Below are positions 30,008-39,693 of a stretch of DNA of 64,000 nucleotides, one piece after another. The translations under genes and the position numbers were made by a program. The first letter of the stretch is position 1. Each line of letters starts with the position of its first letter. The stretch comes from an uncultured Planctomycetota bacterium (GTDB lineage Bacteria > Planctomycetota > PLA2 > JAEUHO01). Under the pieces are notes generated by a model, which searched no databases, was not told where the DNA came from, and saw nothing but the letters and a program-made list of their open reading frames with translations. The stretch spans positions 224,001 through 288,000 of the forward strand of contig CAVVXN010000003.1 in assembly GCA_963752285.1 (NCBI GenBank), written 5' to 3'.

Positions 30008-32040
30008 CGTCCCTCCACGGCCTGCCCGGGGCGGCCGACCGGGCCCCGCATCCCGCGGTCCGTCCCCGCGGCGGCCGAGGCCGGCACGCGACAAGGTACA
30101 CTCTGCCGCCCCGCCCGCCGGACGTGGGGTTCGGCGTGACCAGGACCTCTGACATGCCCTCGCCGCCCCCCGTGGACCTCGCGCGGCCGATTCTCGGTCA
30201 GGTCGCCCGACTCGGCGACGCGTACGACGCGTGGGTGCACCGGTCGATCAAGCCGAAGCAGGGGATCCGGATCTTCCGGCGCGACGTGCTCGAGGCCCTG
30301 ACGCACACCCCGTGGTGGCTCGTCCCGGTCGTGTGGGGCCCGATCTTCCTGGGCCTGTTCGTGGCGGCCCTCCGTCTTGGGCTCGGCGGCTCGACCGTGC
30401 TCGCCCTCGTCGTGCTCGGCCTCTTCCTGTGGACGTTCCTCGAGTACGCGCTCCACCGGTGCGTCTTCCACTACCGGCCGCAGTCCGCGTTCGGCCGCCG
30501 CGTGCACTTTCTCGCGCACGGCATCCACCACCTCGACCCCTGGGACCGCACGCGCCTCGTCTTCCCGCCGCTCCTGGCCCTGGCGATCGCGCTCCCGGTC
30601 TTCGGCCTGATCTGGGCCGTGTGCCTGATCTTCCAGGCCGTGCTCCCGTTCGCGACCGCGGTCGCCACGATGGCGGGGCTGATCCTCGGCTACGTCGTCT
30701 ACGACCTCACGCACTACGCGATGCACCACAAGCGGGCGACGACGCGCTGGGGGAAGTTCCTCAAGGCCTATCACCTGACCCACCACCACAAGCATCCCGA
30801 CCGGATGTTCGGGGTGAGTCAGCCGTTGTGGGACCTCGTCTTCGGCTCCGGGCGTCCCGAGCCCGCCACCGGCGACTGCCGCGCGCGAGAGGGGGCCGCC
30901 CGCGCGTCGCCCGACGCGACGCCATAGCGCCTTCGCCCCGGGGAGGCCGGCGACCGCCCCCCGGAGCGCGTGCGGCGCCCAGCCGCAGAAGAGCGCCGCG
31001 GGCCGAAGAGGGTGGAGGGTCGCGCGGTTCACCCAGGTCCGTTCCATCGCCCAGAGGTCGTGCCACGGCATGTCGGTGATGCAGTCGATCACGTCCACGT
31101 CGCCGTCCTCGGACGCCCGGCGCACGACCTCGTCGAGGAGCACGTGCCCCGGGGAGAGACGGGCCCGGGTCTCGTCGTACGCGATCCGAACCAGGACCAG
31201 GCTCCGCCCCACGTGGACGCCGAGGTGGATCGCCGAGAGGCGTCCCTCCATCTCCAGTAGGTTCCAGCGGAGCCAGCCCCGCGCGTGGAGCCGGCCCACG
31301 AGCGCACGGTAGAACCGGAGCCCGGAGTCGCTCGACCGGACGGGATCTCCGTGCTCTCCCTTCCAGCCCGCGGCCTCGAGCTCCAGGAAGGCGTCGAGCC
31401 GTGCCGGGTCGGCCGCGGCGCCCCCCTCGATGACGAACCGGACGCCCCGGAGGCGTTCGACCCGGTTCCTCGCCTTCTTCAGGTTCCGGCGGAAGTTCGG
31501 GGAGAGACGGGCGCGGACGGCCTCGTGCCCCCGCCGCACGTCGAGGTAGCGCGCCGCGAGGTCCGTCTCGCTTCGTGCGACGAGGCCCGTCAGGCTCGGG
31601 AGCGCGGTCCCGGTCGGCGCGCCCCGGCGGATCCCCCCCAGCCGGATCCCGACCGCGCCCCGCGCCACCGCGAAGGCGGCTCGGGCGAGAGCCTGGAGGG
31701 CCTCCGGGGCGTGTCCGGGGTCGAGGAGGGCGTTCCCCTCGTTCGTGTAGAAGTCCGCGGGCACGCGCAGCCAGGGGCGCCTCTTCCCGAGGAGCCGGTG
31801 GGGGGTCTCGACCACGGGCAGGACCCCGACCAGCCGCTCCCGGTCGAAGGCGAGGTAGACCCGCCAGGGGCGGTCCCGCTCGAGCTTCTGGGCCAGGTAG
31901 GAAGCGGTCCAGGCGTGGCTGGCGAGGGGGAGGCCCGTCGGCGCCGGGACCGTGGCCGCGAGACCGTCCCACGCCGCGGCGTGCGGCTCCAGGCCGTCGA
32001 TCGAGTCGACGCTCTCTACGCGGAGTCCTCGTTCGTACAT
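29935..32040 (-). CDS. GNAT acetyltransferase, CelD/BcsL (Acetyltransf_6) type; domain spans ~30930-32040 and the frame stays open antisense through the hydroxylase gene
   Basis: AAAWDGL, LVGVLP, NFRRNLKKARNR, FLELEAAGWKG, AYDE..ARLSPGHVLL; true 3' end uncertain. Confidence 0.75.
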   Translation of the reverse strand: MYERGLRVESVDSIDGLEPHAAAWDGLAATVPAPTGLPLASHAWTASYLAQKLERDRPWRVYLAFDRERLVGVLPVVETPHRLLGKRRPWLRVPADFYTNEGNALLDPGHAPEALQALARAAFAVARGAVGIRLGGIRRGAPTGTALPSLTGLVARSETDLAARYLDVRRGHEAVRARLSPNFRRNLKKARNRVERLRGVRFVIEGGAAADPARLDAFLELEAAGWKGEHGDPVRSSDSGLRFYRALVGRLHARGWLRWNLLEMEGRLSAIHLGVHVGRSLVLVRIAYDETRARLSPGHVLLDEVVRRASEDGDVDVIDCITDMPWHDLWAMERTWVNRATLHPLRPAALFCGWAPHALRGAVAGLPGAKALWRRVGRRAGGPLSRAAVAGGGLGTPGAEDEVPQRLTHPEHPVGMLVVVGQVIGLEELPPARRRPLVVHRVVREVVDDVAEDQPRHRGDRGREREHGLEDQAHGPDQAEDRERDRQGQERREDEARAVPGVEVVDAVREKVHAAAERGLRPVVEDAPVERVLEERPQEEAEHDEGEHGRAAEPKTEGRHEQAQEDRAPHDRDEPPRGVRQGLEHVAPEDPDPLLRLDRPVHPRVVRVAESGDLTENRPREVHGGRRGHVRGPGHAEPHVRRAGRQSVPCRVPASAAAGTDRGMRGPVGRPGQAVEGRWTRRPLARSRSVPAGAGPGAAGT
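30154..30927 (+). CDS. Fatty acid 2-hydroxylase (FA2H/Scs7/FAH-like; sterol desaturase superfamily)
   Basis: His boxes HRCVFH, HGIHH, HYAMHH, HLTHH; RLVFPP; LWDLVFG. Confidence 0.9.
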   Translation: MPSPPPVDLARPILGQVARLGDAYDAWVHRSIKPKQGIRIFRRDVLEALTHTPWWLVPVVWGPIFLGLFVAALRLGLGGSTVLALVVLGLFLWTFLEYALHRCVFHYRPQSAFGRRVHFLAHGIHHLDPWDRTRLVFPPLLALAIALPVFGLIWAVCLIFQAVLPFATAVATMAGLILGYVVYDLTHYAMHHKRATTRWGKFLKAYHLTHHHKHPDRMFGVSQPLWDLVFGSGRPEPATGDCRAREGAARASPDATP

Positions 32041-32138
32041 GAAGGTGCCCCACGCTACGCTCAAGTCGGGACCTTGGGTCTTCGATGAGGACCCGGGCCC
32101 CAGGCAAATTGCGTGGGTCCCCCCGGGGCCGATCTCGC

Positions 32139-33329
32139 GTGACGCCTCTATCGCCGACCGTCGGGATCCGGACCGTCGTCGCCGCCGCCCCCCAGGGGCT
32201 GGCGGTCCACGCCCGGGCGTGGGACCGGCTCGCCGCCTCCCTGGCCCCGGTCCAGCCCATGACGGCCCACGCCTGGCAGGCGACCTGGTTCGAGGAGCAC
32301 GCCCGGGAGGGCGGGCGGGGACTCGTCTTCCTCGCCTACGCGGGCGACCGTCTCCTCGGCGTGCTCCCGGCCTCGATCGAGGGGCACGCCGGCCGGCCGA
32401 CGGTCCTCGTGCCCTGCGCCTACAACACGGCCGCGGGCGACCTGGCCCTCGACCCGGAGCGGTCGGCCGAGACGCTTCGCTCGCTCCTTCGCGCGGTCCG
32501 CGTCGCGGTGCCGGGCGTCACCGCCGTGGACATCGGATCGGTGCGGGACGACTCCCCGACCCTGGCGGCGCTCGGCCGCGGCGTCCCCGGCTGGTGGCGC
32601 TTCCAGCAGGTGGACGTCGAGGGCGCGAGCGTGCCGATCGAGGGCGCGTTCTCGGACTGGTGCGCCCGGTGGAGCCCCAGTCTCAGGCGCGACGTGAAGA
32701 GCGCGGACAACCGCATCCGCCGGGAGCAGAAGGACCTCGTCGTTCGCGTCCTCGAGGGCGCCGACGCCCGCGCCGACACGCTCGAGGACCTCGTCCGGCT
32801 CGAGGCCTCGGGCTGGAAGGGGAAGGAGGGCTCGGCCATCGCGTCGCGCGAGCAGAGCCTGCGGAAGTACCGCTCGCTCGCGCAGCGCTTCGCGGGTCGC
32901 GGGTGGCTGGAGTGGCATCTGCTCTCGCTCAGCGGACGGCTCGTGGCGGCGCGCATGGCCGTCCGTCTCCAGCACGGCCTGATGTTGCTTCGTTCGGCCT
33001 ACGACGAGAGCTTCTCCAAGTACCACGTGGGCCACCTCTCGTTCCGCGCCCTGGTCGAGCGCGAGTTCGCGCGCGGCCGCGGGGGCGAGGTGAACCTCGT
33101 CACGACGTGGCCGTGGGTGACGCGATGGGGGATGCGCCTTCGGCCGTACACGCGGGCCCGTCTCGTACGACTCCGCCCGGCCGCGATCGTCCGTGCGGGG
33201 CTCCCCGAGATGGCCCGGAGCGTCGGCCGCCGGGTGCCGTGGGTGCGCCGCTACGGCCAGCGTCACCGGGCGGAAGGGGGAAACGGGGTCGTGGCGGGTA
33301 GAACGGAGGGGACGGAGGGCCCCTCATGA
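32139..33329 (+). CDS. GNAT acetyltransferase, CelD/BcsL (Acetyltransf_6) type
   Basis: AWDRL, LLGVLP, LEASGWKG, SAYDESFSKYHVG; start uncertain. Confidence 0.8.
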   Translation: MTPLSPTVGIRTVVAAAPQGLAVHARAWDRLAASLAPVQPMTAHAWQATWFEEHAREGGRGLVFLAYAGDRLLGVLPASIEGHAGRPTVLVPCAYNTAAGDLALDPERSAETLRSLLRAVRVAVPGVTAVDIGSVRDDSPTLAALGRGVPGWWRFQQVDVEGASVPIEGAFSDWCARWSPSLRRDVKSADNRIRREQKDLVVRVLEGADARADTLEDLVRLEASGWKGKEGSAIASREQSLRKYRSLAQRFAGRGWLEWHLLSLSGRLVAARMAVRLQHGLMLLRSAYDESFSKYHVGHLSFRALVEREFARGRGGEVNLVTTWPWVTRWGMRLRPYTRARLVRLRPAAIVRAGLPEMARSVGRRVPWVRRYGQRHRAEGGNGVVAGRTEGTEGPS

Positions 33330-34054
33330 GACCGGAGCGACTCGCGGCGGCCACGTGCCTCGTCCTGCTCGCGGCGTGCCGCGACCTCCCCCCGCCGCGG
33401 ACCGCGCCCGCGTCCGGTCCGAGCGGGCCGGCGGTCACCTCCGTGGCGCAGGCGCCTCGGCCCTTCGTGTTCCGGTTCGCGGTCGGCGACGAGGTCGGCG
33501 TGGACGTCTGGCAGGAAAAGGACCTCTCGACCGTCCAGCGGATCCTCCCCGACGGCACGATCTCGCCCCCGCTCCTCGGCACCGTGCCCGTCGCGGGCAT
33601 GACGATCGACGACGCCCGGGCCGTGCTCCAGAGGCGGTACCTCGAGTACCTGAAGGACCCGAAGGTCTCGGTGCACGTCACGAACATCTACTCCGACCGC
33701 GTCTTCGTGCTGGGCGAGGTGAACCGCTCGCAGGCCGTGGAGCTCCGCGGCCCGATCACGCTGCTCCAGGCGGTCGCGCAGGCGGACGGGTTCCGCGAGG
33801 AGTTCGCGGACAAGTCGCTCGTGCGCCTGATCCGGGCCGGGCCCGACGGGCAGCCCGTCGTCACCGTCGTGGACGCGAAGTCGATCCTCTCGGGGTACCG
33901 TGCGGACGTCCCCCTCCGGCGCGGCGACGTCGTGTACGTGCCCGCCACGGGCGTGGCGAGCTGGTCGCGCGAGGTGGGGCTCGCCCTCGCGCCGCTCTCC
34001 GTCGCGCTGGGCGCCGCCGGCTCGACGGCGTCGATCGTCTCGCTCAAGAAGTGA
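33326..34054 (+). CDS. wza: Polysaccharide export lipoprotein (Wza / Poly_export plus SLBB)
   Basis: LAAC lipobox; GDEVGVDVW, PDGTISPPLLG...AGMT, VFVLGEV, GDVVYVP. Confidence 0.9.
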   Translation: MRPERLAAATCLVLLAACRDLPPPRTAPASGPSGPAVTSVAQAPRPFVFRFAVGDEVGVDVWQEKDLSTVQRILPDGTISPPLLGTVPVAGMTIDDARAVLQRRYLEYLKDPKVSVHVTNIYSDRVFVLGEVNRSQAVELRGPITLLQAVAQADGFREEFADKSLVRLIRAGPDGQPVVTVVDAKSILSGYRADVPLRRGDVVYVPATGVASWSREVGLALAPLSVALGAAGSTASIVSLKK

Positions 34055-34211
34055 CGTCAGGGAGGCATCGAACCCACGCGGCGCGCCGCCCTCCGGGAGC
34101 GACGGTCGCTCGGGCCCCGATCGCCCCGTCCGCCGGGACGACCGCGTCGAGCCGATCGCGGGCGCGTGGCCGCGCGAACCGGTCCGACGCGGCCCGCCCG
34201 CCGGGGCGCGC

Positions 34212-36440
34212 TCACCCGTCCGCCGCCGGGGGGCTCGAGAGGTCCTTCGCGAGGCGGGGGACGCCCCGGGCCAGCGCGGTCAGGCGGCCCGAGAGGGTCG
34301 GGCGGCGAAGCGTCACGTCGAAGAGACGGCGCGCGCCGCTCGCCCAGCGGCGCTTGTAGGGCTCCGCGCCGTCGAGGAAGTCGTACTCGTCGAGTCCCCC
34401 GCCGAACACGTCTTCCTCGAGGACGAGCGCCTGGAGCACGAGCCCCGGGCTCTCGAACGGGGCGTCCTCGTCGAAGCCGCTCTGGAACGCGTGCATGACG
34501 CCGGCGTGCACGAACGCGTACTCGCCCGCGACGTCCCGTCCCTCGGCCTCGAGGAACGTCGCCTGGAGGCGGCCGCGCGTCGCGAGGCGGCGCGCGAGCG
34601 CGCGGTGGAAGTCGGCCACGCCGGGGTGGAGGAGCGCCGAGCGCTCCCGCCGGCGTCGGAAGCGCGTCTCGTGGAGCGCGAAGATCCGGTCCACCGCGCG
34701 CGCGGCCTGTGCGGGGTCCGTCACGCGCGTCACGGCGGCGCCGGGCACGTCGCGGAAGCGGCGCGGGTACCGGCGGACGTTTCGGCGCGTCGCCTTGGAG
34801 AGCGAACGCTCTACCCACGACGAGAAGCTCCCTTCCGCCGCTAGGTAGGGGCAGGTCGTGGACGTCCGCTCCTCGAAGGGCAGCGCCCAGCGCCGCGCGC
34901 GGACCCGCTGACGGAGGGCGCCGTCCTCGGCGAGGTGGCGCAGCTCGACGCGTCGCCACGGCCGGCGGAGCAGCGCGTCGAGGAACACGTCCGTGACGGC
35001 GTGCGCGTCGTCGGGCGCGGCGACGACGTCGAGGTGGTCCGCGCCGTGTCCCGCGCCCGCCAGGGCGAGGACGCCACGCCGGCGCACGAGCGGGAGGACG
35101 CCCGCGAGCGTCCCGTCCGGCCGTCGTGCGAGGAGGACGTGCGGCGCGCGGTCCCGACCCAGCGTCTCGAGCCACGCCAGGACCCAGTCGGGACCCGCGA
35201 AGAGGCGGTGCGGCCCGACGAGGGCGTCCCACGCGTCCGCGAGGGCCTCGACGCCCGGCCGGTCCTCCACCGTGTCCACGGTCCACGCCGGGCCCGGCGC
35301 GCCCCGCCGGCCCCCGACGGCGTCCTCCCAGACCGCGCGGGTGCCCGCGACCATCCGGTCGACCGTGAAGCGCGCCTCGAAGCGCCGCCGCCCCGCCGTG
35401 CCGAGACGCGTGCGGAGGTCCGCGTCGCCGAGGAGCCGGCCGACGCGCTCCGCGAGCGCGCCGACGTCGCCGACCTCGACGAGGTAGCCCGTCTCGCCCT
35501 CCTCCACGAGCTCCGGCGTCCCGCCGACGGCCGTCGCCACGACGGGCAGGCCCGCCGCCATGTACTCGAGCACCGCGTTCGAGAGCCCCTCCGTCTCGGA
35601 GCAGAGGACGCCCACGTCGAGCGCCGCGAGCCACGGGAGGACGTCGCCGCCCGGCGCGACCGCGTGCGCGCGACCCGTGAGCCCGCGACGCTCGACGCGC
35701 GCGCGGAGGGGCTCGGCGCCGGGGAGGTCCTCGCCGATCAGGAGGGCGTGGACCGCGCGCCGCGCGTTCGCGACGCGGGCGAACGCGTCGAGGAAGTCGT
35801 CGTGGCGCTTCAAGGGGCGCACGTTCGCGAGGAGGCCCACGAGGAGGGCGTCGGCGGGGATCCCGAGGCGCGCCCGGGCCTCCCCGGAGCGTCCGCCGAA
35901 ACGCGCGGGGTCGTGGCCGTTCGGGACCACGTTCACGAGCGCCGGGGGCACGTGCTCGGAACGGACCGTGTGCGCGGCCACCGCGTCGCAGTTCGCGACG
36001 AGGGCGGCCGCGAGGCGGTCGGTCCGCCGCAGGATCACGAGGCCACGCGTCGTCTGCCAGAAGCCCAGGTCCCGCCGGGACACCACGCACGGCACGCCCG
36101 CCAGGCGCGCGACGACCGGTCCGACGACGGAGGCGTCGTTCATGAACGTGTGGACGAGGTCGAAGCCGCCGCGTCGGACGCGCCGCGCGAGCGCCACGAG
36201 CCGCACGAGCCCTCGCGGGGTCGCGAGCCGCGGGAGGCCCGCGTCGCGCACCCGAACCGGGAAGGCGTTCGTCCGAAGCCACCGGCTCCCCTGGAGCACC
36301 CAGAGCTCGGCCTCGACCCCCGGCGGCAGGTTCGCGAGGAGGGCGCGGACCTGCCCTTCGGTGCCGCCGAACGGGTCGAGGTACGCGTCCACGAGGACGA
36401 GCACGCGGCGCGGTCCTCGGGGCGCGGGCGGGTCGGTCAC
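34212..36440 (-). CDS. Fusion: GT4 glycosyltransferase plus CelD/BcsL-type GNAT domain
   Basis: GGTEGQ...VVPNG...SETEGLSNAVLEYMAAGLPVVATAVGG, then AWDALV...GADHLD...FQSGFD...SPGLVL...DFLDGAEPYK in one frame. Confidence 0.87.
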   Translation of the reverse strand: MTDPPAPRGPRRVLVLVDAYLDPFGGTEGQVRALLANLPPGVEAELWVLQGSRWLRTNAFPVRVRDAGLPRLATPRGLVRLVALARRVRRGGFDLVHTFMNDASVVGPVVARLAGVPCVVSRRDLGFWQTTRGLVILRRTDRLAAALVANCDAVAAHTVRSEHVPPALVNVVPNGHDPARFGGRSGEARARLGIPADALLVGLLANVRPLKRHDDFLDAFARVANARRAVHALLIGEDLPGAEPLRARVERRGLTGRAHAVAPGGDVLPWLAALDVGVLCSETEGLSNAVLEYMAAGLPVVATAVGGTPELVEEGETGYLVEVGDVGALAERVGRLLGDADLRTRLGTAGRRRFEARFTVDRMVAGTRAVWEDAVGGRRGAPGPAWTVDTVEDRPGVEALADAWDALVGPHRLFAGPDWVLAWLETLGRDRAPHVLLARRPDGTLAGVLPLVRRRGVLALAGAGHGADHLDVVAAPDDAHAVTDVFLDALLRRPWRRVELRHLAEDGALRQRVRARRWALPFEERTSTTCPYLAAEGSFSSWVERSLSKATRRNVRRYPRRFRDVPGAAVTRVTDPAQAARAVDRIFALHETRFRRRRERSALLHPGVADFHRALARRLATRGRLQATFLEAEGRDVAGEYAFVHAGVMHAFQSGFDEDAPFESPGLVLQALVLEEDVFGGGLDEYDFLDGAEPYKRRWASGARRLFDVTLRRPTLSGRLTALARGVPRLAKDLSSPPAADG

Positions 36441-37753
36441 GACGACCCCGCGCGCCAGGGCACCTCGGAGATCGTGAAGCGGCGCTTGCCCGCGGCCGTC
36501 GGCTCGATCGCGTCGCGGCGCTCCCACGTGACGGCGACCGTCGGACCGAACCGCGCGCGGATCTGCTCGATCACGCCCGCGAGGTCCTCGGCCGTGGCGG
36601 GCCCGACGGTGCGCACCACGATCTCGTCCCGCGCGGGCTGGACCACCTGGAACCGACGGACGTCGTCCCGCCCGTAGAAGAGGTGCGTGAACCACTCGCC
36701 GTGGACGCGCTCGCCGCCGGGCGTCGTCAGGAAATCGCTCGTGCGGCCCCAGACGCGTTCGATCCTCGGCCACGGGCACCCGCAGGGACACGGCCCCGGC
36801 GGACCCCACGCCCCGACGTCGCCGATCTCGTACCGGAGCAGGCCGAACGCGTGGTTCCTCAAGTCGGTCACGAGGATGCGCCCGCGCTCGCCGGGCGCGG
36901 TCGCGCGTCCCTGGTCGTCCACGATCTCGAGGTGTCGGAGCGCCGCCTGGACGTGGAGGCTGCCCGCGGGGCACTCCGCCGCGAGGCTCGCGCTCTCGCG
37001 GCTCCCGTAGAAGTCGGCGACCGGCGCGTCGAACGCCCGTTCGATGCGCGCGCGGACGTCGGGCGCGAGCGCCTCCGCCGAGGAGCGGACGAGCTGGGGC
37101 CGGAGCGGCCGGTCGGGTCGGTTCGCGAGCCACCACGACGCGAGCAGGTCGAGGGCCGAGGCGTAGCCCTGGAGGAGGACGGGACGAAACCGCTCCAGGT
37201 CGTCCGCGATTCGCGAAAGCTCCTTCTCGTCCATCGCAAACGCGTTCACGACGCGTCGCCGAAGGAGGCGGAGCCAGGTCCGCTCGCGGGTCGAGAGGGT
37301 CGCGAGGTCGCGGTCGGAGCCCCAGACGAACGCCGCGCGGCACCACGGCTCGAGCTCCCAGGTCTCGATCCACCAGGCCTCGAGCGCGTGGTCCCAGGAC
37401 CGGTAGGCCTGGTCCTGGTACACGACGACGGGCTCGCCCGTGGACCCGCCGCTCGCCTGGCGCGCGAACGCCGACTCGGGACGCGTGGGGTCGCGCAGGC
37501 GCTCGCGGTGCGTCTGGAGGTCGGCGCGCGTGAGCGGCTCGAGGTCCTGGAGACGGTCGGTGGGCCGAAGGCGCCGGCCAAACCACGGGATCGTGGACCG
37601 CGCCCACGCCACGTGGCGGCGCACGGCCTCCTCCGACCAGGCCCAAAACGCGTCGGGGGAGAGACGCGCGACGCGTCGGATCTCGGCGCGGTGCCGCGTC
37701 CAGCCCGGGTAACGGCGCCGCGAGAGCGCGGTGTAGACGAGTCGGGGGATCAG
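36437..37753 (-). CDS. Phenylacetate-CoA ligase / CapK-like adenylate-forming enzyme
   Basis: SGGSTGEP, QGYAS, YGSRE, VTDLRN..F.LLRYEIGD, GRTSDF, GKRR; GGAGG RBS before an in-frame CTG at 37753. Confidence 0.85.
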   Translation of the reverse strand: MIPRLVYTALSRRRYPGWTRHRAEIRRVARLSPDAFWAWSEEAVRRHVAWARSTIPWFGRRLRPTDRLQDLEPLTRADLQTHRERLRDPTRPESAFARQASGGSTGEPVVVYQDQAYRSWDHALEAWWIETWELEPWCRAAFVWGSDRDLATLSTRERTWLRLLRRRVVNAFAMDEKELSRIADDLERFRPVLLQGYASALDLLASWWLANRPDRPLRPQLVRSSAEALAPDVRARIERAFDAPVADFYGSRESASLAAECPAGSLHVQAALRHLEIVDDQGRATAPGERGRILVTDLRNHAFGLLRYEIGDVGAWGPPGPCPCGCPWPRIERVWGRTSDFLTTPGGERVHGEWFTHLFYGRDDVRRFQVVQPARDEIVVRTVGPATAEDLAGVIEQIRARFGPTVAVTWERRDAIEPTAAGKRRFTISEVPWRAGSS

Positions 37754-37945
37754 GGCCGGCCTCCGGCAGGGTGGGGTGGCCAGGTCGCCGCCCGGCTCCC
37801 GATCGTCCCTCCCTTTCGTCCTTCGGCCCACGGAGGAAGAGCCCTCAGTCCCTTCGCCCGGGCGGGTCCCGGAGGAGAAGGGCCCGGACCCGGCCCTACC
37901 GGATCTCGCTTCGGTCCGGAGCCGGTCGCGGGCCGGTAGGAGAGG

Positions 37946-38453
37946 GGCGTCGAGGTGGACGCGCACCTTCGCTCGACGTCGAACGACGCCGTGTACGCCG
38001 CCAGCGACGCGGCCGCGAGCCCCGGTCGGCGCCCGACGCCGGTCGCCTCCCTCGAGGCGCGGTTCGTGGCCCACGACCTCCTCCACGAGGACGACCGCGT
38101 CTCGCCCGACTACGGCCGGCACCGCCACCGTCGTGTACACGATCCCGCCCCTCGCCGCGGGCGGCCTCTCGGAGGAGGAGGCGCGCCGGCGTGGCCTCCG
38201 GACCCGGGTGGAGTACGGGAGGACGCCCGCGTGCTACGCCGTGCGCCAGGTCGCGGAGCCGCACGCCGGCTACGAGGTCCTCCTCGAGGCGGGGACCGAC
38301 CGCGTCCTCGGCGCGCACTGGATCGGCGCCCACGCCGACGAGGCGATCGACGTCTCTGCGCTCGCGATCCGGGCGGGCCTCGGCGCGCAGGCGCTCGGCG
38401 GGGTCCCCTGGGCCGATCCGACGCAGCCGTCCGACCTCGGGTCGATGCTCTGA
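37946..38453 (+). pseudogene. C-terminal remnant of a pyridine nucleotide-disulfide oxidoreductase (glutathione reductase-like)
   Basis: GVEVDAHLRSTSNDAVYAASDAA...TPVASLE, frameshift near 38120, then VVYTIPPLA..GLSEEEA...VLGAHWIG..ADE.I..ALAIR...PT..SD; no N-terminal FAD/NAD domains. Confidence 0.75.
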
Positions 38454-38616
38454 CCCCCGGCCCGGGTCCGCCGCCGACGGCCGCGCCCGTGGCCCACGCC
38501 CGTGGCCTCCGGCGAGGGGCCCCGGCCCCGTCCCGGCGCCGAGGTTCGCTTCGCCTCCGTCCCCCGGCCGATAGAAGGGAGTGGCCGGAAGGTCCGAGCC
38601 GGCGAGCCTTCCCGGA

Positions 38617-39693
38617 ATGATGCCGAACTCCCCGTCCGCCGCCTCCAGAGACGCCGCCGCCCCCTGGGTCACGGTCGTCCTGCCGGTCCGGAACGAGGCC
38701 GCGTCGATCGCGGGCGTGCTGGAGGACCTCCGGGACCAGGACCTCCCGCGGGGCGCGGTCGAGATCCTGGTCGTGGACGGCCGTTCGTCGGACGGCACGC
38801 GCGAGGTCGTGTCGGACCTCGCCCGGCGGGACCCGGGACTGCGCCTCCTCGACAACCCCGACCGCCGGTCGTCGGCCGCGCGGGCCCTGGGCGCGAACGC
38901 GGCGCGCGGTCGCTACGTCGCGTACGTGGACGGGCACTGTCGCATCCCGAGCCGGACGATGCTCCGGGACATGGTGGACCTCTTCCAGTCGTCCGGCGCC
39001 GCGTGTCTCGCGCGCCCCCAGCCGCTCTTGCCGACGGGCGGCGGTCGCGTCGCGCGCGCGATCTCGGCCGCGCGGACCCATCCCTTCGGACACAGCCTCT
39101 CGTCGGAGATCTACGGCGACCGCGAGGGGACGGTCTCCCCCCAGAGCAGCGGCGCGATGTACCGGCGCGAGGTGCTGCTCCGGGTCGGCAACTTCGACCC
39201 CCGCTTCGACGCGTGCGAGGACGTGGAGCTCAACTACCGGGTCGAGAAGGCGGGCCTCAAGTGCGTCACGAGCCCGCGTCTCGCCGTGACGTACGAGCCC
39301 CGCGCCACGTTCCGCGGGCTGCTCCGACAGATGTTCCGCTACGGGCTCGGCCGGGCGCGGCTGCACAGGAAGCACCCCGAGGCCTTCACGTGGGAGTGCC
39401 TCGTCCCGACGGCGTTCGTCCTGGGCCTCGTCGTCCTCCTCGTCGCGCCGTTCCTGCCCGCGCCGCTCCGGCTCGTCCTCGCCGCCCCCTACGCCCTCTA
39501 TGCGGTCCTGGACCTCGCGTTCGCCGTGCGCGCGACCCGGGGACGTGGCCTCTCGCTCGTGCCCCTCGTCCTGCTCGCCTTCCCCCTGATCCACGTCGGG
39601 CTCGGCGCGGGGTACCTGTGGGGACGGCTCGCCCCCCGGCCCGCCGCGACCGCCGCGACCGCGGCCGGCGCGGAGCGCGGAGACGGAGCGTGA
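38617..39693 (+). CDS. GT2 glycosyltransferase (ExoA-like)
   Basis: VTVVLPVRNE, VVDGRSSDGT, YVDGH, EDVELNYR, QMFRYG, C-terminal TM helices. Confidence 0.9.
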   Translation: MMPNSPSAASRDAAAPWVTVVLPVRNEAASIAGVLEDLRDQDLPRGAVEILVVDGRSSDGTREVVSDLARRDPGLRLLDNPDRRSSAARALGANAARGRYVAYVDGHCRIPSRTMLRDMVDLFQSSGAACLARPQPLLPTGGGRVARAISAARTHPFGHSLSSEIYGDREGTVSPQSSGAMYRREVLLRVGNFDPRFDACEDVELNYRVEKAGLKCVTSPRLAVTYEPRATFRGLLRQMFRYGLGRARLHRKHPEAFTWECLVPTAFVLGLVVLLVAPFLPAPLRLVLAAPYALYAVLDLAFAVRATRGRGLSLVPLVLLAFPLIHVGLGAGYLWGRLAPRPAATAATAAGAERGDGA

